A stretch of DNA of 64,000 nucleotides from Bacillota bacterium (lineage in GTDB: Bacteria; Bacillota; Limnochordia; Darwinibacteriales; Darwinibacteriaceae). Both the position numbers and the translations under genes were made by a program. How positions within the stretch are numbered: the first letter of the stretch is position 1; every line of letters begins with the position of its first letter. Positions 26,024 through 35,916 of the stretch are shown piece after piece. The DNA is taken from NCBI GenBank assembly GCA_030054835.1, contig JASGVS010000028.1, positions 1,032 to 65,031 of the forward strand, given 5' to 3'. Below the pieces are notes generated by a model, which was given only the letters and a program-made list of their open reading frames with translations, had not been told where the DNA came from and did no database searches.

Positions 26024-27638
26024 TACCCGCGGGCAGTTGGGTTTCGGAGAAATATGGTCTAGAATCAAGCCGGTCTCAGCTTTGGGCAGATCCCTGCACC
26101 GTCAGGCTGAGGCGTTTTTGCCCGCCCAAAAAGGTCAGCTGGTTGAGGAATGGGAGAGATTGGCGCTCATCTCCGCCGTTTTACGGGAAAACCCCAAGGC
26201 TTGTGTGGGACTAAAGACGCTTTTGAGCCACGTACCGGATGTAACGGACTGCATAAACCGCAGTCTGACCGATTCCACCCTATCCGATGCGGATTTTTAT
26301 AGCATAAAAAAACTCCTACGTGTCGCCCGAGATATCAAAGGAGAACTCGCCCGCCTAGGTTGGGGGGGCGTTCTTCCCGCGCCTTTGGATGTCTGTCCAG
26401 AAGTACTTGACGCCTTAAGTGTGGGGCAGGGGGACTCGGAGAGTTTCTATCTGGCAGACGCCTACCACGAGAAGCTGGCGGAGATCCGGAGCAAGCGCTT
26501 CGCTTTGGAAGATAAGCTCACTCAAAGGCGCAAGCAGGTGGAAGACCATGTTTTTCAGGCAGTAGGTCGCGTTTTCTCCACAGAAGATGAGCTGGCCGTG
26601 AGCGTATCTGACCAGGAAACAATTGCTGTGCTAGAAAATATTCCTCAGCTGGTACGGTCGGAAGAAACCCCAGACTGCGTCAAATTCCGCCTCAGACTGG
26701 ACGAATCAGCCCGGGAGCTCCAGCGTGAGCTGCGGGCTGTTCGGGCTGAAGAAGAACAGCGCAAAGCCAGGGTGAGGGAAAGGCTGACGGGAGTAATTGC
26801 AGAGCAGGAGGAGCGCCTCAGAAAAATCCTCTCCATCCTTGGGTTTTTGGACTTCCTCCTGGCCAAAGCTGAGTTTTGTGCTTCTTGTGGGGGAGTGAAA
26901 CCCAATCTGCGGGACGATGGGTTTGTCTCCATCTGCCAGGGCCGTCACCTTCTCTTAGAAGAAGACGTGACCGGGAGGGGCCTAGCTTACACCCCCATTG
27001 ACCTAGAACTTAAGAGGGGAGTCACTCTGATCACCGGGCCTAACATGGGCGGTAAAACTGCCTGCTTGGAAACGGTTGGGCTGCTCCTGGCCATGGCCCA
27101 GTTCGGTCTTTTGGTGCCGGCCGAGAAACTGGAGTTCAGTCCCCGGACTTTTATTGCGGCGCGGTTGACCGCGGCCGATAACCCGAAGGGTCTGAGCAGT
27201 TTTGCCGGGGAGATCGCCTTTATTCGGGAAGTTGTAAGGGTAAGCGACCAGCCTGGGCTTATTCTCCTGGATGAGATTGCCCACGGTACAAATCCCACCG
27301 AGGGGGCGGCCATTGCCCAAGCTGTATTGGAAAGGCTGAACGGCCAGCCACCTATTACCCTGGTTACTACCCACTACCCCGCCCTAGCCCAGCTGGAGGG
27401 GATGGGACAGCTGCGCATCCGGGGCTTGGATCATGCCCGTTTGGCAGAGATGTGGTCTGAGGATACTGAGCTGGATTTGGAGCTTTTCCACCAGGCTATG
27501 GATTACCGTCTGGAGCCTGTTAAGGAGCCGCATACACTGAAGGGCGATGTTGTTCATTTGGCAGAAGCATTGGGTTTAGATGAAAAAATAATCCTCCGGG
27601 CGCAGGAGTTAGTGAAAAGGGGGGCTGAGCATGGTTAA
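26004..27638 (+). CDS. MutS-domain-V ATPase, putative lysine 5,6-aminomutase reactivase ATPase (KamC-like)
   Basis: Walker A GPNMGGKT and Walker B LILLDEIAHGTNPTEG of the MutS ABC ATPase core. No mismatch-binding or Smr domain is evident. Overlaps the neighbouring genes on both sides. Confidence 0.6.
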   Translation: MQFLTADTRGQLGFGEIWSRIKPVSALGRSLHRQAEAFLPAQKGQLVEEWERLALISAVLRENPKACVGLKTLLSHVPDVTDCINRSLTDSTLSDADFYSIKKLLRVARDIKGELARLGWGGVLPAPLDVCPEVLDALSVGQGDSESFYLADAYHEKLAEIRSKRFALEDKLTQRRKQVEDHVFQAVGRVFSTEDELAVSVSDQETIAVLENIPQLVRSEETPDCVKFRLRLDESARELQRELRAVRAEEEQRKARVRERLTGVIAEQEERLRKILSILGFLDFLLAKAEFCASCGGVKPNLRDDGFVSICQGRHLLLEEDVTGRGLAYTPIDLELKRGVTLITGPNMGGKTACLETVGLLLAMAQFGLLVPAEKLEFSPRTFIAARLTAADNPKGLSSFAGEIAFIREVVRVSDQPGLILLDEIAHGTNPTEGAAIAQAVLERLNGQPPITLVTTHYPALAQLEGMGQLRIRGLDHARLAEMWSEDTELDLELFHQAMDYRLEPVKEPHTLKGDVVHLAEALGLDEKIILRAQELVKRGAEHG

Positions 27639-29196
27639 TGAGCTGTTAGTCTTGGATCAGAAAAAGGTGGATCAAGCCCGGGATTTGGCCCGTGCCATTG
27701 CTCAAAATGTACAGCGGGAAATAGAGCTTAATACCACGGTAAGTATTGAGCGCACAGCAGCTCGCCTTTACGGCATTGATGGTGTGGATCGCTTTGGCGT
27801 ACCCCTGCCCAACGTGGTAGTAGATCAGGTGCTAGAAGCAGGAGGGTTAGATAGGGGCATTTCCTACTGGCTCGCCAACGCCGTAGTGGCCCTGGGGAAA
27901 ACGCCCCAGGCAGTGGCTGAGGCCTGTGGAGAAGGCCTAAATCTCTGTTCCCTGCCTCCCCAGGATCCTGAGAAATGGGCAGCAGTGGAGAGGGAGTATG
28001 TGCCCAAGGCCCTCGATGCCATATTTGAGCAGCGGAAGAAAAGGGAGGCGGCTAAGGAGCGCTTGGGCGTAGGGTCCGAGCCTTTAAAATACGTGATTGT
28101 GGCTACCGGCAACATCTTTGCCGATGTGGAACAGGCCAAAACGGCGGCCAGGCATGGAGCGGACGTTATTGCAGTGATACGCACAACGGGCCAAAGCCTT
28201 TTAGATTACGTTCCCTACGGCACCACAACGGAAGGAGTAGGCGGTACCTACGCAACCCAGGCCAATTTCAAAGTGATGAGGCAGGCACTGGATGAGGTAA
28301 GTGAAGAGGTGGGCCGTTACATCCAGTTAGTCAACTACTGCTCTGGACTGTGTATGCCTGAAATCGCGGCCATGGGTGCGCTTGAGCGACTTGATATGAT
28401 GCTGAATGACGCCATGTACGGCATTTTGTTTCGGGATATAAACATGGACCGTACGTTTGCGGATCAGTATTTTTCCCGCATGATCAATGCCTACGCCGGT
28501 ATTATTATCAACACCGGGGAAGACAACTACTTAACTACAGCGGACGCCTACGAGGAAGCCCACACTGTGTTAGCCTCCAACTTCATCAATGAACAGCTGG
28601 GTTTAGCGGCTGGGCTGGAAAACTGGCAGCTTGGCCTTGGCCACGCCTTTGAAATGGATCCGAAGCTGAAAAACGGTTTTTTGTACGAGGTGGCAGTGGC
28701 CCAGACCATCCGCCAGATATTCCCTCAAGCGCCGCTGAAATACATGCCTCCCACCAAGCACATGACCGGGGATATCTTTATGGGGCATGTCCAGAACGCC
28801 ATGTTTAACCTGGCTTCGGTAATTACGGGCCAGAGCATTCACCTTTTAGGTATGCTCACAGAAGCGATCCATACGCCCCATGTGGCTGACCGGGTTTTGA
28901 GCCTGGAAAACGCCCGCTACGTGATGGAAAACGCCCGGGATCTAGGCTCGGAGATCAGCTTTAAGCGGGACGGCATAATCCAAAAACGTTCGGAAGAGAT
29001 AGTGGATAGGGTAGTGGAGTTCCTGCAAGAGATCAAGCAATTGGGCCTCCAGGGTGCAATTAGTGCCGGTTACTTCGCTGACATTAAGCGGCCGCGCCTG
29101 GGCGGTAGGGGCCGAGATGGCGTAATCAAAAAGGGTTTGGATTACAGCAATCCCTTTTTGACTGAACTGAAAAAGCGCCTTGGTTTGGGTGAGTGA
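27631..29196 (+). CDS. kamD: Lysine 5,6-aminomutase alpha subunit
   Basis: 521 aa, the length and position expected for KamD. Followed immediately by the B12-binding beta subunit. Confidence 0.85.
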   Translation: MVNELLVLDQKKVDQARDLARAIAQNVQREIELNTTVSIERTAARLYGIDGVDRFGVPLPNVVVDQVLEAGGLDRGISYWLANAVVALGKTPQAVAEACGEGLNLCSLPPQDPEKWAAVEREYVPKALDAIFEQRKKREAAKERLGVGSEPLKYVIVATGNIFADVEQAKTAARHGADVIAVIRTTGQSLLDYVPYGTTTEGVGGTYATQANFKVMRQALDEVSEEVGRYIQLVNYCSGLCMPEIAAMGALERLDMMLNDAMYGILFRDINMDRTFADQYFSRMINAYAGIIINTGEDNYLTTADAYEEAHTVLASNFINEQLGLAAGLENWQLGLGHAFEMDPKLKNGFLYEVAVAQTIRQIFPQAPLKYMPPTKHMTGDIFMGHVQNAMFNLASVITGQSIHLLGMLTEAIHTPHVADRVLSLENARYVMENARDLGSEISFKRDGIIQKRSEEIVDRVVEFLQEIKQLGLQGAISAGYFADIKRPRLGGRGRDGVIKKGLDYSNPFLTELKKRLGLGE

Positions 29197-29202
29197 GGGG
29201 GG

Positions 29203-29946
29203 ATGAATGTGGCAGCAAACGGCAATCTGATTAGACCATACGGCAGTACGCCGGGTGACGGACAGGTTCAGGTCAGCTTCACCCTGCCCATCAAAGCGGG
29301 AGCTAGAGCCCGGGAGGCGGCTAAGCAGTTGGCAGGTAAGATGGGCCTCAGTGACGTGCAGGTGGTGCATATGAAGGACCTGCATGGCTTCACTTACTTC
29401 ATCCTCTACGGCAGCGTTGTCCATGCAGTGGACCTGGACCGCATACCCCAGGTGGAGGAAGAAGAGCTCGCCCTCAGTTTTGATCAGATCAATGGGCTGA
29501 TCGAACAGGAACTGGGTCGCCAGATTGTGGTGGTAGGTGCCTGCACCGGTACCGATGCCCACACGGTGGGTTTGGATGCGATTATGAATATGAAGGGTTA
29601 TGGCGGAGAGTATGGTTTGGAGCGCTATCCCATGTTTGATACCTACAACTTGGGCAGCCAGGTGCCAAACGAAGTGCTTTTGGCCAAGGCCAGGGAAGTT
29701 GGGGCCGATGCGGTTTTAGTGTCCCAGGTTGTGACCGAGCGGAACGCGCACCTGAAAAACCTGACCGAACTGATTGAGATGGCAGAAGCGGAGGGGCTGC
29801 GACAAGACCTCATCATAATTGCGGGGGGCCCCCGCATCGATCAGTTTTTAGCCACAGAGCTGGGCTTTGACGCAGGCTTCGGCCCAGGTACAACACCCAG
29901 GCAGGTGGCCGCCTACCTGGCACAGGAAATGGTGCGCAGGCTTTAG
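29203..29946 (+). CDS. kamE: Lysine 5,6-aminomutase beta subunit (cobalamin-binding)
   Basis: B12 base-off/His-on motif DAHTVG (DxHxxG) and a Rossmann-like B12 domain. The start could be GTG 29209. Confidence 0.85.
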   Translation: MNVAANGNLIRPYGSTPGDGQVQVSFTLPIKAGARAREAAKQLAGKMGLSDVQVVHMKDLHGFTYFILYGSVVHAVDLDRIPQVEEEELALSFDQINGLIEQELGRQIVVVGACTGTDAHTVGLDAIMNMKGYGGEYGLERYPMFDTYNLGSQVPNEVLLAKAREVGADAVLVSQVVTERNAHLKNLTELIEMAEAEGLRQDLIIIAGGPRIDQFLATELGFDAGFGPGTTPRQVAAYLAQEMVRRL

Positions 29947-29970
29947 CAAATTGTCAAAGGGGGAATTAAG

Positions 29971-30363
29971 ATGGAGGAATGCAGGCTGAGGGTGCGAGTG
30001 AGCGCTTCCCAAGCCCATTACGGAGGTAATTTAGTTGACGGCGCGTTTGTGATGCAGCTCTTTGGCGATTTAGCCACGGAACTCTTAATTCGCCATGACG
30101 GGGACGAGGGACTCTTTCTCACTTACAACAACGTCATGTTTAAAGCACCCGTTTTCGCGGGGGATTTCATTCAAGTAGTGGGTCGCATCACCGAAGTAGG
30201 CAACACTTCGCGGAAAATGGAGTTTGCGGCCTACAAAGAGATCACTTCTCCCCAGGATCCCAACTTGCCTCCTTCCGCCATGGACGTTCTGGCGGAACCT
30301 GTTTTGGTTGCCCAGGCAGAGGGAGTCTGTGTAGTACCTAAAGATCGGCAGAGAAGGAGGTGA
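29971..30363 (+). CDS. kal: 3-aminobutyryl-CoA ammonia-lyase (hot-dog fold)
   Basis: 130 aa. Size and position match Kal of lysine fermentation clusters. Confidence 0.7.
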   Translation: MEECRLRVRVSASQAHYGGNLVDGAFVMQLFGDLATELLIRHDGDEGLFLTYNNVMFKAPVFAGDFIQVVGRITEVGNTSRKMEFAAYKEITSPQDPNLPPSAMDVLAEPVLVAQAEGVCVVPKDRQRRR

Positions 30364-30367
30364 AGGT

Positions 30368-31222
30368 GTGTCCGAACTGATAATTACAGCTGCTTTGACC
30401 GGGGCTGAAGTTACCAAGGAACAGCAGCCCAACTTACCCATCAGTCCTGAAGAAATTGCCCAAGTAGCCCTGGAGTGCTATGAAGCGGGGGCGGCTATAG
30501 TCCATGTCCATGCCCGCCTGCCCGACGGGAGCCCAACGCAGGATCTTCAAGTGTATAGGGAGATCAAAGAGCGGGTGGAAGCGATCTGTCCGGTAATTTT
30601 CCAGCCCTCCACAGGCGGTGCGGTGTGGCACAGCGCAGAAGAACGTCTCCAACCTGTTCTGCTCGATCCGGAAATGGCAACGTTAAGCACAGGTACTGTT
30701 AATTTCGGTCGGGATGTGTTCTCCAATCCCCAAGACTTCGTAGAAGAGGCGGCACGCCTTATGCAGGAGCGGGGAGTGAAACCGGAATTTGAGATCTTTG
30801 AAACGGGGATGATTGCCAGCGCCCTGTATCTGGTCAGGCAGGGTTTGGCGGCAGAACCCCTCCATTTCAACTTCGTTTTGGGCGTGCCCGGGGCCATGCC
30901 CGCTTCCGTGAGGAACTTGAGCTTCTTGGTGGACTCGATCCCAAGGGGTGCAACCTGGACAGTATCGGGTATCGGCCGCCACGAAACAACCCTGGCTTTG
31001 GCTGCCATTGCCATGGGTGGACATGTGCGGGTAGGGTTTGAGGACAACATCTATCTGCACCGGGGCGTGCTGGCTGAAAGCAGTGCCCAACTTGTTGCCC
31101 GGATCGCACGCATTGCCCGGGAAGTTGGGCGGGAAATTGCTTCTCCCGCCAGAGCGCGGGAAATATTGGGCCTGAGGCCAAAAACAAGGGAGATGACTGA
31201 GAAAAAAGCTGAGGGAGGCTAG
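30368..31222 (+). CDS. kce: 3-keto-5-aminohexanoate cleavage enzyme (BKACE/DUF849)
   Basis: LIITAALTGAEVTKEQQPNLPISPEEIA N-terminus, HVHAR and FVLGVPG motifs typical of Kce. GTG start after GAAGGAGGTGAAG. Confidence 0.85.
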   Translation: MSELIITAALTGAEVTKEQQPNLPISPEEIAQVALECYEAGAAIVHVHARLPDGSPTQDLQVYREIKERVEAICPVIFQPSTGGAVWHSAEERLQPVLLDPEMATLSTGTVNFGRDVFSNPQDFVEEAARLMQERGVKPEFEIFETGMIASALYLVRQGLAAEPLHFNFVLGVPGAMPASVRNLSFLVDSIPRGATWTVSGIGRHETTLALAAIAMGGHVRVGFEDNIYLHRGVLAESSAQLVARIARIAREVGREIASPARAREILGLRPKTREMTEKKAEGG

Positions 31223-31225
31223 GCT

Positions 31226-31888
31226 ATGGCGAAAATTGTGTCGGTAAAAGAAGCGGCTGCGAAAATTACAAGCGGCAGCAGCGTAATGATCGGCGGGTTC
31301 ATGACCTGCGGCACACCAGTGGGATTAGTGCGGGAGCTGGTCAAGACGGGAGTGGGCGATTTGACGGTTATAGCTAACGACACCGGAGTGCAGGGTGACG
31401 GCATCGGTATGCTGATCACAGCAGATGCGGTGACCCATCTGATCGCCAGCCATATCGGCACCAACCCGGAGACGGGTAAGAAGAAGATCGAGGGGACAAT
31501 CAGCGTGGAGCTGGTGCCCCAGGGAACACTGGTGGAAAGAATCCGCTGTGGGGGGGCAGGGCTTGGCGGCTTTCTAACCCCCACTGGCGTGGGTACCGTT
31601 GTGGCAGAGGGCAAACAGCACATTACTCTAGACGGCCAAACCTATCTCTTAGAAGAACCCCTTAAGGCAGACTTTGCCCTGATCAAGGCCTGGAAGGCAG
31701 ACCGGAAAGGCAACTTGATTTACCAGAAGAGCGCCCGCAATTTCAACCCCATTATGGCCATGGCAGCAGAAACGGTGATCGTGGAAGTGGAGGAGATTGT
31801 GGAAGTAGGGGAGATTGATCCGGATCATGTAATGACCCCCCATTTTTTCGTGGACTTCATAGTTAAGGGAGGAGAAATCGATGGCTGA
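31226..31888 (+). CDS. atoD: 3-oxoacid (acetoacetate:butyrate/acetate) CoA-transferase subunit A
   Basis: 220 aa with [15 protein letters not shown] motif. Confidence 0.85.
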   Translation: MAKIVSVKEAAAKITSGSSVMIGGFMTCGTPVGLVRELVKTGVGDLTVIANDTGVQGDGIGMLITADAVTHLIASHIGTNPETGKKKIEGTISVELVPQGTLVERIRCGGAGLGGFLTPTGVGTVVAEGKQHITLDGQTYLLEEPLKADFALIKAWKADRKGNLIYQKSARNFNPIMAMAAETVIVEVEEIVEVGEIDPDHVMTPHFFVDFIVKGGEIDG

Positions 31889-32549
31889 TAGGGATAGGAG
31901 AAACCTAATCGCTTATCGCATTGCCCAGGAGCTGAAGGACGGTGATGTGGTCAATTTGGGCATCGGCCTGCCCACACTGGTCTGCGCATTTATTCCTCCC
32001 GGTATCGATATTACACTCCAGTCCGAAAACGGTTTTATTGGCTTAGGACCACCGCCGGCAAAGGGAGAGGAAGACCCGGAGATCGTAAATGCCGGCGGCC
32101 AGCCAGTCACCATCCTGCCCGGGGGAGCGTTCTTTGACAGTGCCGAATCCTTTGCCATCATCAGGGGCGGGCATGTGGATGTTACCGTGCTCGGTGCCTT
32201 AGAAGTGGACGCCTACGGCAACTTGGCCAGCTGGATGGTACCGGGGAAAATGGTACCCGGTATGGGCGGAGCCATGGATCTGGTTGTGGGTGCCAAGAAG
32301 GTTATTGTGGCAACGCTCCATACCACCAGAACGGGAGAGTCCAAGCTGCGCAGAGAATGTCAGCTGCCCCTGACAGCCGCCAACCAGGTAGACTTGGTTG
32401 TGACCGACATGGGTGTTTTTCAGGTTAACAACGGCAGTATGATTTTGCTTGAGAAAAATCCAGAGTTTAGTGTTGAGCAGATTAGAGCAGCCACTGAAGC
32501 ACCGCTTGAGATCTCGACACAGCTGAAGGACATGGAAATTCCTGCCTAG
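31881..32549 (+). CDS. atoA: 3-oxoacid CoA-transferase subunit B
   Basis: 222 aa. Catalytic-Glu motif [10 protein letters not shown]. Overlaps atoD by 8 nt. Confidence 0.85.
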   Translation: MADRDRRNLIAYRIAQELKDGDVVNLGIGLPTLVCAFIPPGIDITLQSENGFIGLGPPPAKGEEDPEIVNAGGQPVTILPGGAFFDSAESFAIIRGGHVDVTVLGALEVDAYGNLASWMVPGKMVPGMGGAMDLVVGAKKVIVATLHTTRTGESKLRRECQLPLTAANQVDLVVTDMGVFQVNNGSMILLEKNPEFSVEQIRAATEAPLEISTQLKDMEIPA

Positions 32550-32573
32550 GTTCGACACTGAATCCGAAAGGAG

Positions 32574-33851
32574 ATGTATGACTTGGGAGCTCAGCGCAAG
32601 GAAGATATCATTCTTCAACCGTGGCAGCGGTGGGGCTGCAGCGAAGAAGAATGGCATGATTGGCATTGGCAGGTTAGAAACCGCATTCAAACAGTGGATG
32701 GGCTCGCCCAGCACATTCCCCTCACCAGGCAAGAAGAGGAGGAAATCGCCAAGGTTCTGACCGTTTTCAGGATGGGGATCACGCCTTATTACGCTTCCCT
32801 GATGGACCCGGACGATCCCAACTGCCCCATTCGTCGGCAGGCCATACCCACCATAGCCGAAACCTATTTCGGCACAGCGGATATGCACGACCCCCTCAGT
32901 GAGGAGAAGGACTCACCTGTACCGGGGTTAACCCACCGCTACCCCGATCGGGTCTTGTTCCTAATTACGGATCAGTGCTCCATGTACTGCCGCCACTGTA
33001 CCAGACGCCGCTTTGCGGGGCAGAGGGACGGGGGAGTGGACTGGAAGTACATCGAACAGGGCGTGGAATACATCCGGAACACGCCGGCGGTGCGGGATGT
33101 TCTTCTTTCCGGTGGCGATGCCCTGCTTATGGCCGACAGCAGGTTAGAAACAATTATCCAGATGCTGCGGGAGATTCCCCACGTGGAGGTAATACGAATC
33201 GGGACTCGGACACCGGTGGTTATGCCGCAGCGGATTACAGACGACCTAGTTAACATGCTGAAGAAATACCATCCCATTTGGCTGAACACCCACTTCAACC
33301 ACGCTAAGGAAATTACGCCAGAAGCTGCCGCGGCCTGTGAAAAGTTGGTTGACGCCGGTATTCCCGTCGGCAATCAAAGCGTTTTACTGCGCGGCGTCAA
33401 TGATAACCCCGAGACCATGAAAGAGCTGGTGCTTAAACTGGTGAAGATCCGGGTCAGGCCGTATTACATCTACCAGTGTGATTTATCAGCGGGGATCGAA
33501 CACTTCCGGACAAAGGTTTCCAAGGGCATCGAGATTATGGAAGCGCTGCGCGGGCATATCTCAGGTTACGCAGTGCCCACCTATGTAATCGACGTGCCTG
33601 GCGGCGGGGGTAAGACGCCCGTTATGCCCCAGTATTTGCTCAGTATGTCTCCCACGAAGGTGGTGCTGCGTAATTACGAAGGGGTAATCGCTACCTACGC
33701 TGAGCCCCAGTACAACGCGGTGCCGTGGGAGTTTGAGAACGGAGAAGAGGGAGCTTACACAGGCGTTGCCCAGCTCTTGGAATCAAAGGAGAACCGCTCA
33801 ATTGAGCCTGATAACCTAGAGCGCAGGCGTCGCAGTGCCCAGAAAAAGTGA
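32574..33851 (+). CDS. kamA: L-lysine 2,3-aminomutase (radical SAM, PLP)
   Basis: CSMYCRHCTRR cluster motif, WHDWHWQVRNRIQT N-terminal signature, 425 aa. The start may be TTG 32583, which has better SD spacing. Confidence 0.9.
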   Translation: MYDLGAQRKEDIILQPWQRWGCSEEEWHDWHWQVRNRIQTVDGLAQHIPLTRQEEEEIAKVLTVFRMGITPYYASLMDPDDPNCPIRRQAIPTIAETYFGTADMHDPLSEEKDSPVPGLTHRYPDRVLFLITDQCSMYCRHCTRRRFAGQRDGGVDWKYIEQGVEYIRNTPAVRDVLLSGGDALLMADSRLETIIQMLREIPHVEVIRIGTRTPVVMPQRITDDLVNMLKKYHPIWLNTHFNHAKEITPEAAAACEKLVDAGIPVGNQSVLLRGVNDNPETMKELVLKLVKIRVRPYYIYQCDLSAGIEHFRTKVSKGIEIMEALRGHISGYAVPTYVIDVPGGGGKTPVMPQYLLSMSPTKVVLRNYEGVIATYAEPQYNAVPWEFENGEEGAYTGVAQLLESKENRSIEPDNLERRRRSAQKK

Positions 33852-33863
33852 AGGAGGATGGTT

Positions 33864-35045
33864 ATGCAGGAAGTTGTAATTGTTGAGGCAGTCCGGACAG
33901 CCATCGGCGGTTTTGGCGGTACCCTTAAAGATTTGCCCGCGGCCGATTTGGGTGCAGTCCTGATTAAGGAAATACTGGAGCGTACCCAAATCCCGCCGGC
34001 AGACATGGATGAGGTAATCTTAGGCAACGTGCTCCAGGCAGCTTCCGGTCAGAACCCGGCTCGCCAGGCTGCCATAAAAGGAGGCGTAGCCGTAAGCGTA
34101 CCGTCCCACACAGTGAATAAGGTCTGCGGCTCGGGCCTGAAGGCAGTTGGCTTAGCTGCCCAGGCCATTCGGGCCGGCGACGGTCATGTCTATATAGTAG
34201 GCGGCATGGAAAGCATGAGCACCGCTCCCTATGCTGAACCAAAAGCGCGCTGGGGTGTAAGGATGGGACACAGCCAGTTTGTTGATGTGATGATCAAGGA
34301 CGGCCTGTGGTGTGCCTTTGGTGATGTGCACATGGGCGTTACGGCAGAAAACATCGCTGAGAAGTGGAATATCAGCCGTACAGAGCAGGATGAGTTTGCC
34401 GCCCACAGCCAAGCAAAATACCAGGAGGCGTTGGCAGCGGGGCGCTTCACTCAGGAAATAGTCCCCGTAATTATCCCCCAAAGGCGGGGCGATCCCATTG
34501 AGTTTGTCCAAGATGAACATCCTAGGGCAGGTGTAACGGTGGAGGGACTAGCCAGGCTGAGACCCGCCTTTAAGCCCGATGGTACCGTAACGGCAGGTAA
34601 CGCCTCCGGAATTAACGACGGGGCAGCAGCCCTTTTGGTCATGTCCAGGGAGAAGGCGGAGGAGTACGGTCTGAAACCGATGGCCCGCATCCTCAGCTAC
34701 GCAGCTTCCGGCGTTGACCCTGCCATCATGGGTATGGGTCCGGTTGAAGCGAGCCGCAAGGCACTGGAAAAATGCGGTTTGACCGTTGCTGACATGGATC
34801 TAATCGAGGCCAATGAGGCCTTTGCAGCCCAATCCATAGCGGTCGCCAGGGAGCTGGGCTTGGATCCAGAGAAGGTGAATGTAAACGGAGGAGCAATTGC
34901 TTTGGGGCATCCAATCGGCGCCAGCGGCGCGAGGATTTTGGTCACTTTGCTCCACGCCATGGCGGACCGGGACGCCCAGTTGGGCCTGGCCACGCTCTGC
35001 ATTGGCGGCGGTCAGGGTTACGCTGTTGTGGTTGAGCGGCTGTAA
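33864..35045 (+). CDS. thl: Acetyl-CoA C-acetyltransferase (thiolase)
   Basis: [11 protein letters not shown] active Cys, [22 protein letters not shown] 33864 is preferred (SD AAGGAGG). Confidence 0.9.
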   Translation: MQEVVIVEAVRTAIGGFGGTLKDLPAADLGAVLIKEILERTQIPPADMDEVILGNVLQAASGQNPARQAAIKGGVAVSVPSHTVNKVCGSGLKAVGLAAQAIRAGDGHVYIVGGMESMSTAPYAEPKARWGVRMGHSQFVDVMIKDGLWCAFGDVHMGVTAENIAEKWNISRTEQDEFAAHSQAKYQEALAAGRFTQEIVPVIIPQRRGDPIEFVQDEHPRAGVTVEGLARLRPAFKPDGTVTAGNASGINDGAAALLVMSREKAEEYGLKPMARILSYAASGVDPAIMGMGPVEASRKALEKCGLTVADMDLIEANEAFAAQSIAVARELGLDPEKVNVNGGAIALGHPIGASGARILVTLLHAMADRDAQLGLATLCIGGGQGYAVVVERL

Positions 35046-35059
35046 TTGGAGGTGAAAAG

Positions 35060-35899
35060 ATGATTATAGGTGTGATCGGTGCAGGTACCATGGGGAGCGG
35101 CATTGCTGAAATTGCTGCCCAGCAGGGGCAGGTGGTTATGCTTGATGTGGCCATGACGCGGGCTGAAGCGGGCCTGCAGGCAATTGACCGGAGATTGAGC
35201 CGCGGAGTGGAGCGGGGTTATGTGGATGAAGTGCAGAAGGAGCAGATCCTGGCCAACATTACCCTGTCCACCGAATTGAGGGATCTGGCTGAAGCCGATA
35301 TTGTACTGGAGGCTGCCGCTGAGGATCTGGAGATTAAGAAGGAACTGTTCGTTTCCCTCGCTGAAATTTGCTCAGAGCAGTGTATTTTAGCCACCAACAC
35401 TTCCGCCCTCAGTGTTACGGCCATTGCTGCGGCAGTTAAGAATCCTGCCCGGGTGTTGGGCATCCACTTTTTCAACCCGGTGCCCCGCATGAAGCTGGTG
35501 GAACTGGTCAAAACGCCCTTTGCTGAGCAGGAATACTTGGCTAAAGCTAGGGAGTTTGTGGAGGCTTTGGGCAAGACGGCTGTCTTGGTGGATGAGTCCC
35601 CAGGCTTTGTGGTGAATCGGCTCCTGATCCCCATGATCAACGAGGCTGTGTATCTGCTGCAGGAAGGGGTCGCTTCTGCTGAAGATATAGATACGGCCAT
35701 GCAGCTTGGGGCCAACCATCCCATGGGCCCCTTAGCACTTGCCGATTTGGTCGGTTTAGACATCTGCTTGGCCATTATGGAGACGCTCCAGCGGGAGTTG
35801 GGCGAGGATAAATACAGACCTGCCCCGCTTTTGCGGAAAATGGTGCGGGCAGGGAAACTGGGCAGAAAGACCAAGGCCGGTTTCTATCACTACAACTGA
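35060..35899 (+). CDS. hbd: 3-hydroxybutyryl-CoA dehydrogenase
   Basis: GVIGAGTMGSGIA NAD fold, 279 aa. Confidence 0.9.
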   Translation: MIIGVIGAGTMGSGIAEIAAQQGQVVMLDVAMTRAEAGLQAIDRRLSRGVERGYVDEVQKEQILANITLSTELRDLAEADIVLEAAAEDLEIKKELFVSLAEICSEQCILATNTSALSVTAIAAAVKNPARVLGIHFFNPVPRMKLVELVKTPFAEQEYLAKAREFVEALGKTAVLVDESPGFVVNRLLIPMINEAVYLLQEGVASAEDIDTAMQLGANHPMGPLALADLVGLDICLAIMETLQRELGEDKYRPAPLLRKMVRAGKLGRKTKAGFYHYN

Positions 35900-35916
35900 T
35901 GGGCGGGGAGGTAAGA

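Noticed and set aside
26004-27638. MutS/MutS2 DNA repair gene or a MutS-based defence component.
   Set aside because: - Only the ATPase core is recognisable.
- The gene is translationally coupled inside the lysine aminomutase operon.
- The context favours a reactivase role.
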